Below the pieces are notes generated by a model that saw nothing but the letters and a program-made list of their open reading frames with translations, was not told where the DNA came from and searched no databases. From Halomicronema hongdechloris C2206 (GTDB lineage: Bacteria; Cyanobacteriota; Cyanobacteriia; Phormidesmidales; Phormidesmidaceae), in contig NZ_CP021983.2 of NCBI RefSeq assembly GCF_002075285.3, forward strand, positions 2,160,001 through 2,192,000: a stretch of DNA of 32,000 nucleotides. The letters run 5' to 3'. A program made the translations under genes and the position numbers. Shown here in pieces: positions 25,643 through 32,000 of this stretch. The stretch's first letter is position 1. Every line of letters starts with the position of its first letter.

Positions 25643-25828
25643 ATGAAGCAAACTGAGATCCGCAAAACTGGCTATCAAGCTTTAATCAATGCCCTTGGTG
25701 TGGTCGGGATGTTGCGCTTCTTGCAGCAGCTAGATATTGGCAGTGGCGATTACACTCTAGAGCGTCAACAAATTCCAGATCCTACCCTCGAAGAATTTCA
25801 GGTATTTGTTCAACAGCAGTCTGATTGA
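25643..25828 (+). CDS. Small ORF (R2b copy, apparently full length), unknown function
   Basis: A 61-aa paralogue of 24509-24694. It is preceded, as that copy is, by the conserved tail ...NPVTWLMQQLQQET-TGA 4 nt upstream of the ATG. Confidence 0.55.
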   Translation: MKQTEIRKTGYQALINALGVVGMLRFLQQLDIGSGDYTLERQQIPDPTLEEFQVFVQQQSD

Positions 25829-25878
25829 CCACCTTTCTCCTTTGCCGCTCTGATGCCATAGGATAAAACGTAGCTTAA

Positions 25879-25959
25879 TGGGAAGCCGAAATTGATGAGC
25901 GGATAGCGCGCTTGTATGGGCTAACAGCAGAGGATATGAAAAAAAATCGGGGTGAGTAA
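25879..25959 (+). pseudogene. R1c: third, diverged restriction-modification C-terminal tail fragment
   Basis: It reads WEAEIDERIARLYGLTAEDMKKNRGE* directly after an in-frame TAA. The first ~25 nt are near-identical to R1a/R1b (TGGGAAGCCGAAATTGATGAGCGG), then it becomes A/T-rich and diverged. Confidence 0.45.
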
Positions 25960-26208
25960 AAAAGCTGTATCAAATGGAAGAATGTAACCGACATTACGCA
26001 GGTTGACAGTCTTCTTTTGATGTGCACGACAAAGACTAATGCCTGAAGCCCCTACCCAGCAGGCGTTTTAGACTAAAGCCAAATTTGCTGCCGCACTTCC
26101 ACCTTGATACTTCGCAACCTTGAGAGAGCTCGATTATTGAGACCCATCTAACCAGATTTCAAGGGGTTCAGCAGTCTGGAATCAGATGCACGACTGAAAA
26201 TTAAAAGC

Positions 26209-26227
26209 AACCTGCGGAATGCAGGTT
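26209..26227 (-). terminator. Hairpin terminator downstream of the HxlR-type gene
   Basis: AACCTGC-ggaat-GCAGGTT forms the stem. On the minus strand it is followed by GCTTTTAATTTT. On the plus strand only TTTGT follows. Confidence 0.5.
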
Positions 26228-26308
26228 TTGTCTCTACTTGGCAGATGATGGTTGTGGTTGCCAGTGCGATCGCAAAGAGCTTCCACACTCAAGGTCCCGA
26301 CAGTAATC

Positions 26309-27037
26309 TCAGCCCTTCGTCATCTTGCCGGGTACCGTCGGGGCCAAACCTGACAGATGGCGACGTTCGCCGTGCAGGTAAAGCCAGGTGGGCACTTGCC
26401 GCACATAGTCATCGGCCCCTGCGAAGGCAATGGTCCCCTGCTTAAGGGCCTGGTCTAGGTCGTGGTATCCCAATATCACATGGGTAAAGACACCGAGATC
26501 GGCCACGATCAACACATCGACCTCAAAGCCAGGATCCTTGAGGCAGACATCGACCCGCCCTTGCTCCGCGACTATCCAGTAGCTGCGCTGCTTGCGTTTT
26601 CCCTCCGGTAAGCCATGCAGGTCAAACTGCAAGACGACCTTAGTGGGCGGCATGGCCGCCAGATTAAGGCCACGACGCATTGCCCACATCAATAACTGAT
26701 CATCCAGTTGATTTGGAGACAGACGATCGTGGGTCCAGTAGGTAGCCCAAACCCCCATTTGCTCAATCAGAGGGCGCAGGGCTTCTCCCGCTGGAGTCAG
26801 GGAATAACGGGAGCCTTGTCCGGTGACCTTTTGCTGACGGGTGATCACCCCAGCCGTCTCCAGTTCTTTCAGGCGTTTAATCAACAACGCCCGCGACATC
26901 AACGGTACCCCATAGCTGATTTCGTTGAAGTAGCAACTGCCAGACATTAATTCCCTGAGAATCAAGGGCGTCCACCGCTCACAGATGACCTCTGCGGCTC
27001 TGGCAATGGGGCAATACTGTCCATATCCCTTTCCCAT
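26309..27037 (-). CDS. HxlR-family winged-helix transcriptional regulator with C-terminal extension
   Basis: CPIARAAEVICERWTPLILRELMSGSCYFNEI...LIKRLKELETAGVI is the HxlR signature. I preferred the start at ATG 27037 (MGKGYGQYCPIA). The gene is divergent from the acyl-CoA dehydrogenase gene. Confidence 0.8.
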   Translation of the reverse strand: MGKGYGQYCPIARAAEVICERWTPLILRELMSGSCYFNEISYGVPLMSRALLIKRLKELETAGVITRQQKVTGQGSRYSLTPAGEALRPLIEQMGVWATYWTHDRLSPNQLDDQLLMWAMRRGLNLAAMPPTKVVLQFDLHGLPEGKRKQRSYWIVAEQGRVDVCLKDPGFEVDVLIVADLGVFTHVILGYHDLDQALKQGTIAFAGADDYVRQVPTWLYLHGERRHLSGLAPTVPGKMTKG

Positions 27038-27145
27038 GGCAATGATTGCAATCGGCAACAGCAGGTTCAGATTGTGATCTTGTATCACACCGATCCGAAG
27101 ACCAGAATGGGGCCATTACAAGAGTTCACTTTTCGAGGAGCCCCC

Positions 27146-28297
27146 ATGATTGACCTGATGATGACGTCCCCAGCGCCACAGCAAGAGTATGACTGGCTAG
27201 CCCTGGCCCAATCCCTGGGGCAGCAGTTTGCCGCCGTTGAGCACGCTGCCGATGTTTCTGATGCCTTTGTTGCCGAGAATTTCGTTGAATTGCGGCAATC
27301 CGGCCTCTCCGCCATGGGCGTTCCCCAGGAACTGGGCGGCGGTGGTACCAGTTATCCTGAGGTATGCCAGGTATTGCAAATCCTAGGCCACCACTGCAGC
27401 TCGACGGCCCTAGCCTTTGCCATGCATACCCATCAGGTGATGGTCCCCACTTGGAAGTGGCGGCATCGGCAGGCCCCGGTGGATGGCTTGCTCAGGCGCA
27501 TCGCCGAGGAGCGCATCATTCTACTCAGCAGCGGTGGTGCCGACTGGCTGCAGGGGTCTGGCACCGCAACCGCTACTGAGGGAGGATTTCTGATCAATGC
27601 CCGTAAGGGATTTGCCAGTGGTGCCCCCGCCGGCAATGTCCTGATCACCAGTGCTATCTATGCCGATCCGACCGAGGGTCCGACCGTGCTGCACTTTGCC
27701 CTGCCCATGCAAACACCTGGGGTATCCATTGAACCTACCTGGCAGGCCATGGGAATGCGCGGCACTGGCTCCCACGATATTGTGCTGTCGAATGTCTTTA
27801 TTCCAGAGCAGTCCATTGCCCTCCGCCGCCCAGCAGGGAAATGGCATCCAGCCTTTCACCTGATCAGCATGATCGCTATCCCGATCATCTATGCGGTGTA
27901 TGTCGGGGTGGCAGAGGCAGCTCGAGACCTAGCGGTTCAACAGGCCAGCAAATCCTGCGACGACGAGCATGTTTGCGATCTGGTGGGAGGGCTAGAGAAT
28001 GAAATCGCCACAGCCAGAATAATGCTGCAGCACATGGTTGCTACAGCGGTGTCGAGTCAGCCTGGCTTTGACACCACTAATCAAATCATGACGGGACGGA
28101 CCTTGGTAGCCAAAGCCGTACTCAGAGCGGTAGATATGGCCATGGATATTGCCGGGGGGCGCGCCTTCCATCGTCCCTTCGGACTGGAAAAACTCTTCCG
28201 CGATGCCCAGGGTGCCCGCTACCATCCCCTGCGGGAGCAGGTGCAGCGGCAGCTATCGGGGAAATTGGCCCTGGGCTGTGACCAGGACTCGTTGTAG
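27146..28297 (+). CDS. Acyl-CoA dehydrogenase family protein
   Basis: The length and blocks are typical of the ACAD fold (GGGGTSYPEVCQVLQILG, TEGGFLINARKGFASG, GMRGTGSHDIVL, ...GGRAFHRPFGLEKLFRDAQG). GGAG lies 5 nt upstream of ATG 27146. Confidence 0.85.
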   Translation: MIDLMMTSPAPQQEYDWLALAQSLGQQFAAVEHAADVSDAFVAENFVELRQSGLSAMGVPQELGGGGTSYPEVCQVLQILGHHCSSTALAFAMHTHQVMVPTWKWRHRQAPVDGLLRRIAEERIILLSSGGADWLQGSGTATATEGGFLINARKGFASGAPAGNVLITSAIYADPTEGPTVLHFALPMQTPGVSIEPTWQAMGMRGTGSHDIVLSNVFIPEQSIALRRPAGKWHPAFHLISMIAIPIIYAVYVGVAEAARDLAVQQASKSCDDEHVCDLVGGLENEIATARIMLQHMVATAVSSQPGFDTTNQIMTGRTLVAKAVLRAVDMAMDIAGGRAFHRPFGLEKLFRDAQGARYHPLREQVQRQLSGKLALGCDQDSL

Positions 28298-28395
28298 TCG
28301 CCGCCGGAATATTGCGTGCGATCGCAGCTTGGATGGCCTCGTATCCTGAAGCGCTGCTGCCCCATGAGGCGTTCTCCCAAAAGACCAGGAACCGT

Positions 28396-28427
28396 TTGAA
28401 ATGTCTTCGATAATGATTATCATTAGT
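28396..28427 (+). promoter_or_regulatory. Sigma70-like promoter overlapped by a Fur/Zur-type palindrome
   Basis: The -35 is TTGAAA (28396-28401), followed by a 16-nt spacer and the -10 TATCAT (28418-28423). TAATGAT-T-ATCATTA (28411-28425) is a perfect 7-1-7 palindrome. GATAATGATTATCATTAGT matches the 19-bp Fur-box consensus GATAATGATAATCATTATC at 16 of 19 positions. Confidence 0.5.
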
Positions 28428-28545
28428 CTGTCTTGCTAGGCCAGAGACTTAATCCTCGCCTGTCAATCGCAGTACTGCGCCGGCAGCAATACCACTGGCA
28501 AGACGCCGCCATGGGGTCAACGTACAGAAATACAATGAAACCGAA

Positions 28546-28857
28546 TTGGTCAGCCATGTGCAAACTACCCTGCCTGGGGATGACACCCTTGAAACGGCGC
28601 AGATCATCTTTGCGGCCCTGGCAGATCGATCGCGATTAAAAATCCTGTATGCCCTCAGCAGCGAACAAGAGCTCTGTGTCTGCGATGTGGCTACTCTGCT
28701 GAAGGTTAAAGTGGCGACAGCCTCCCATCATCTCCGCAAGCTGCGTGATTTGAAAATTCTCAAGTACCGCAATGATGGCAAACTGGCCTATTACTCCCTG
28801 CGGGACCAGCGGGTTGCTGATATCCTCCACCATGCCTTGCGACAGTTGCTGGACTAG
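28546..28857 (+). CDS. ArsR/SmtB family metalloregulatory transcriptional repressor
   Basis: LADRSRLKILYALSSEQELCVCDVATLLKVKVATASHHLRKLRDLKILKYRNDGKLAYYSL is the ArsR/SmtB wHTH with an ELCVCD metal site. The start is TTG 28546 or GTG 28558. Confidence 0.85.
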   Translation: MVSHVQTTLPGDDTLETAQIIFAALADRSRLKILYALSSEQELCVCDVATLLKVKVATASHHLRKLRDLKILKYRNDGKLAYYSLRDQRVADILHHALRQLLD

Positions 28858-28889
28858 TACCGAAAGGCAGAAGTCAGAAGGCACTCGAT

Positions 28890-29333
28890 ATGTTGGGAGA
28901 TGCCCTGGTCTATGGCACCAGTCTCTATGTGATTCATCGCAGTGCTAGGGCCCAGGCTGGGGCAGCGCTGTTAAAGGGGATGATTATGTTTGGCTTTGCG
29001 ATCGCAGTGTTTGCCCGAGCCATTTACCAGGTTGTTACCGAGGCTGCTCCCACCGGTGAGATCATGGGCATAATCAGTATCCTGGCCCTCGTCGCCAACC
29101 TCATCTGTTTAGCGCTACTGACCCATCATTGCCAAGACAACTTGAATATGGCATCAGTGTGGCTGTGTTCTCGCAATGACATTATTGCCAATACCTCAGT
29201 CTTGGTGGCTGCAGGCTTGGTATTGCTAACTCAGTCCCCCCTGCCTGATTTATTAGTGGGCTTATTACTTACCGTGGTCTTTGCGCGCTCAGCCGGAACC
29301 GTGCTACTACAATCTTGGCGGGCAATCATCTAA
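28890..29333 (+). CDS. Cation-diffusion-facilitator-like membrane protein, short form (apparently 5'-truncated, no cytoplasmic domain)
   Basis: The ORF begins at MLGDALVYGTSLY, which resembles the middle of the TM2 metal-site motif of short CDF-like transporters. It also has SVWLCSRNDIIAN in a later TM. There is no in-frame start upstream, because the frame is closed by TGA at 28818. Confidence 0.55.
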   Translation: MLGDALVYGTSLYVIHRSARAQAGAALLKGMIMFGFAIAVFARAIYQVVTEAAPTGEIMGIISILALVANLICLALLTHHCQDNLNMASVWLCSRNDIIANTSVLVAAGLVLLTQSPLPDLLVGLLLTVVFARSAGTVLLQSWRAII

Positions 29334-29350
29334 ACCAGGCCAGCTCTACT

Positions 29351-29392
29351 TCTGTAGCGCCTATTCTGTAGCGCCTATTCTGTAGCGCCTAT
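29351..29392. repeat. 3 x 14-bp perfect tandem repeat between convergent genes
   Basis: TCTGTAGCGCCTAT occurs three times. The last unit contains the kinase stop codon (CTA at 29389-29391 on the plus strand). Confidence 0.95.
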
Positions 29393-30981
29393 AAGAGGCC
29401 CCGGCGACCGCTGGGATACACCGTCGCCCAATTGGTACGAGCCATATCCAGCTGATCTTCAGAAATCAGGGCGCCGGTTAAATCTGCCCCACACAAGTTG
29501 GCGCCGCGTAGATTGGCATTGCTGAGGCAGGCATAACTGAGATCAGCTCCCCGCAAATCAACGCCTTCCAGGTTGGCATAGTTAAAATAGGCCCGGCCCA
29601 ATTTGGCATTGCGCAGGCTGGCCTTGGTTAAATTAGCGCGCCCGAAATCGGCCCCCGAGAGATCAGCGCCTTGAAAATTGGCCTTCACCAACTCCGACTG
29701 ACTGAGTCCAATCCCCGGTAAGCTGACCTTCTGCAAATCTACTCCAGATAATACCTGGGATGAGAAATCCCGCTTGCCCTTTAAGTAGGTCAGCTTCACG
29801 TCATCGGCAGACAGGCGACGGCCAGCCGATGATTGGCTATCGGAGGTGGCCGTAGATAAGGGGCGCATGTGCCGAGTAGAGCGGATGCGGTTACTAGCCA
29901 AGCTCTTGGCACTGCTGCCTTGGCGGGAATTAGCCGCCCGTTCCCGCCGCGCCCGAATGGCAGCAGCCATACGAGCCGAGGGCGACCCCCCTGTGTGCTG
30001 ACCACTGCTCAGAGGGCCGCTGGCGTTATCAGAGGACCCACCTGACGGTTGAAAGGCCATGTTCTGGGAAAGGCTATCCATGTAAGGCTCTAGGTCTAGA
30101 TCCCGTAAGATGGCCTCGATAGATTGATAGCGATGCCGCACTGAGATTTCCAACATCTTCGTCAGCACGCTGATAAAATGCTCGCTGGCATTGACATGCT
30201 GTTGCCAAAGCAGTTCCCCGGTCTTAGGGTCGTAGTCCAAATCCTTGGGAGATTTGCCCGATAACAAATAGACACAGGTGACCCCGAGCGCGTAGATATC
30301 ACTGGCATACACAGGACGCAGCGCCATTTGCTCCGGCGGGGCATAGCCGGGGGTACCAATGGCGTAGGCAGTTAGCGCCGTTTGCTCCGAGGTACTGGCC
30401 TTAGTGGGATTGACTTTGTCTTTAACGGCACCAAAGTCGATCAATACTAGCTTCTTGTCTTCATCGCGGCGAATGATGTTAGCCGGTTTGATGTCTCGAT
30501 GAATGACCTGATTATTATGAACATACTGAATCAGCGGTAAGATCTCGCTGAGAAACTGTTTCACCCCAGCTTCGCTGAAAGGCCCGCCCTGTTTCACTGA
30601 CTGCTGTAGGGTAAAGCCGTTGATATACTCTTGGACCAGATAAAATTCTTGGTTTTTCTCGAAATAGTCGAGCAGGCGGGGCAATTGAGGATGATTGCCA
30701 ATCTTGCCTAAAATCTTAGCCTCCCGCTGAAACAGATCCCGGGCCATGTCTAAGACGTGGGGAGCATCGGCAGACGGCCGCAATTGTTTAATCACGCAGG
30801 GGGGACGCCCGGGTAGTTCTTCATCTCGGGCCAAGTAAGTGGCCCCAAACCCACCCCGCCCCAGGGTCCTGATGACACGATAGCGATCCCTTAACAACAG
30901 ACTGGCACCACAGGCCTGACATTGATTGAGGGTAGGGGGGTTCTTGGGCTTGGGGCAGGCGGGATTGATACAATAACTCAT
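29389..30981 (-). CDS. Serine/threonine protein kinase with N-terminal Cys4 motif and C-terminal pentapeptide repeats
   Basis: Kinase motifs are present: GRGGFGATY, VIKQL, HRDIKPANI, DFG and GTPGYAPPE. The N-terminus is CINPAC...CQAC. The C-terminus has A(D/N)LxG-type repeats (ANLEGVDLRGADLSYACLSNANLRGANLCGADLTGA). Confidence 0.9.
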   Translation of the reverse strand: MSYCINPACPKPKNPPTLNQCQACGASLLLRDRYRVIRTLGRGGFGATYLARDEELPGRPPCVIKQLRPSADAPHVLDMARDLFQREAKILGKIGNHPQLPRLLDYFEKNQEFYLVQEYINGFTLQQSVKQGGPFSEAGVKQFLSEILPLIQYVHNNQVIHRDIKPANIIRRDEDKKLVLIDFGAVKDKVNPTKASTSEQTALTAYAIGTPGYAPPEQMALRPVYASDIYALGVTCVYLLSGKSPKDLDYDPKTGELLWQQHVNASEHFISVLTKMLEISVRHRYQSIEAILRDLDLEPYMDSLSQNMAFQPSGGSSDNASGPLSSGQHTGGSPSARMAAAIRARRERAANSRQGSSAKSLASNRIRSTRHMRPLSTATSDSQSSAGRRLSADDVKLTYLKGKRDFSSQVLSGVDLQKVSLPGIGLSQSELVKANFQGADLSGADFGRANLTKASLRNAKLGRAYFNYANLEGVDLRGADLSYACLSNANLRGANLCGADLTGALISEDQLDMARTNWATVYPSGRRGLL

Positions 30982-31591
30982 GCCGCTTTATCCACGGTGT
31001 CAACAGGCAATAAGGGCATTTCAGCGTCTCATAGATGTATGCTCATGTGTCTATGCTGTCGGTAGTGCACGGGTCTGTTTACAGCTTAACCACGCCAATT
31101 CAAACCTAAAACTGCTCAGCTCACGGCTAGGTCTCTGGATAGAGACACGCCGAGTGAACCCTCAGTCTAGGAAATAAGACCGCTGAGATATTGCCACCTT
31201 ACTCTAATTATTCCCTTACTCGTACGGGGACTGAACGCCCTAGGAGGACAAAAATCTGTGAAGAGTCGCTGAAGTTTGGCGATGGACAGGGCTTATCCCC
31301 GCATTTACGGGATAACTATCCTTGGAAAGTCAGCTCAACTTGCCACCGGTGGCGTTTGCGCGGAGGCCCTGTTTAGGAGGGGGGTGTTATTTTGCAGATG
31401 AGGGGTGGTATCACGCCAAATCCCCCAGGTATTGACCTGGGCTAAGGAGGGTGGCGACGGTAGAATAGATTGGCCTGATCCAGTCATGACTGCATGGCTA
31501 AATACAGCCTGCATCGGTACAGCCGGCATCGGTCAGGCTGGTGACTAGGTTAGCCTTTAGGTTTCCCATCGAACATTGCCCTTAGCTGCTG

Positions 31592-32000
31592 ATGCGCATT
31601 TCCCTGAACTGGTTAACTGAGCTGGTAGACAGCCAACTCACTCCCACGGACCTAGCCGATGCCCTGACTATGGCTGGGTTTGAAGTGGAGGACATCGAAG
31701 ATCGGCGAGCCTGGGCTGATGGGGTAATTGTGGGGCGCGTGATCGCCTGTGACCCCCATCCGGATGCGGATAAGCTGAGCGTTTGCCAGGTCGATACGGG
31801 GGCCGAGGCGCCGGTATCCATTGTCTGTGGTGCTACCAATGTGCGTGCTGGCGTTTATGTCCCTGTAGCCACCGTGGGCACTTATTTGCCGGTGGTTGAT
31901 TTGACGATCAAGGCTCGTAAATTGCGGGGAGTCCCGTCGGCAGGCATGATTTGTTCTTTGGCAGAACTAGGACTGGAAAAGGAGGCGGAAGGAATTCACA
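31592..32000 (+). CDS. pheT: Phenylalanine--tRNA ligase beta subunit, 5' part (continues beyond window)
   Basis: [37 protein letters not shown]...[21 protein letters not shown]...[10 protein letters not shown] is the canonical PheT N-terminus and tRNA-binding domain. The frame is open to the window end, so it is absent from the closed-ORF track. Confidence 0.9.
   Translation, partial: MRISLNWLTELVDSQLTPTDLADALTMAGFEVEDIEDRRAWADGVIVGRVIACDPHPDADKLSVCQVDTGAEAPVSIVCGATNVRAGVYVPVATVGTYLPVVDLTIKARKLRGVPSAGMICSLAELGLEKEAEGIH

Noticed and set aside
28468-28479. A perfect 12-nt palindrome CGCAGTACTGCG in the arsR leader, considered as an ArsR/SmtB operator.
   Set aside because: Several 12-nt palindromes are expected by chance in 32 kb. 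It does not resemble the 12-2-12 SmtB-type operator.
28423-28557. A 44-aa minus-strand ORF (MADQFGFIVFLYVDPMAASCQWYCCRRSTAIDRRGLSLWPSKTD) divergent from the ArsR/SmtB gene. Its AIDRRGL recalls the AIDRNGL of the SmtA metallothionein.
   Set aside because: It has only three Cys and no CxC/CxxC pattern. No Cys-rich continuation appears in any frame, and it overlaps the arsR start. The heptapeptide match is most likely coincidental, or at best a remnant beyond recognition.
29351-29392. The possibility that the 14-bp x3 repeat or the R1/R2 repeats are a CRISPR array.
   Set aside because: The 14-bp units are contiguous with no spacers. R1 and R2 are hundreds of bp long and protein-coding in origin. 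No cas genes are present.

Overview
This is a GC-rich cyanobacterial chromosomal segment. The assignment rests on at least 17 HIP1 octamers (GCGATCGC) counted by eye, a CAAD/CurT-like gene, an HflX with the cyanobacterial N-terminal extension, and adjacent deoC and recO. Most of the window is ordinary core content: an ABC ATPase tail, a Rieske oxygenase, an AI-2E transporter, hflX, a CAAD protein, a conserved membrane protein, an S8 peptidase plus class-3 lipase pair, rpe, a DUF362 protein, deoC, recO, an MFS transporter, an HxlR regulator divergent from an acyl-CoA dehydrogenase, a Ser/Thr kinase with pentapeptide repeats, and the 5' end of pheT. Four regions deserve a second look. (1) 16.4-19.0 kb holds three tandem nucleotidyltransferase + HEPN-like (MNT/HEPN-type) modules, and the first is a single fused ORF. 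(2) 22.8-26.3 kb is a visibly A/T-richer island. A decayed restriction-modification 3' tail (R1) and a small-ORF block (R2) recur there as conserved flanks around two different toxin-antitoxin pairs (DUF4258-like/DUF2283 and HicA/HicB). A third R1-like tail and a disrupted membrane-protein remnant lie at the island edges. (3) 13.09-15.2 kb is a sugar-type ABC operon. Its binding protein is intact, but both permeases and the ATPase carry a dense run of short-repeat indels, so this is either pseudogenisation or local assembly error. (4) 28.3-29.4 kb is a metal locus: a Fur/Zur-like palindrome over a sigma70-like promoter, an ArsR/SmtB regulator, a 5'-short CDF-like gene, and a 3x14-bp repeat that supplies stops in all six frames. 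I saw no rRNA, tRNA, CRISPR array, transposase or integrase. All family assignments come from motif recognition by eye and need profile searches to confirm.
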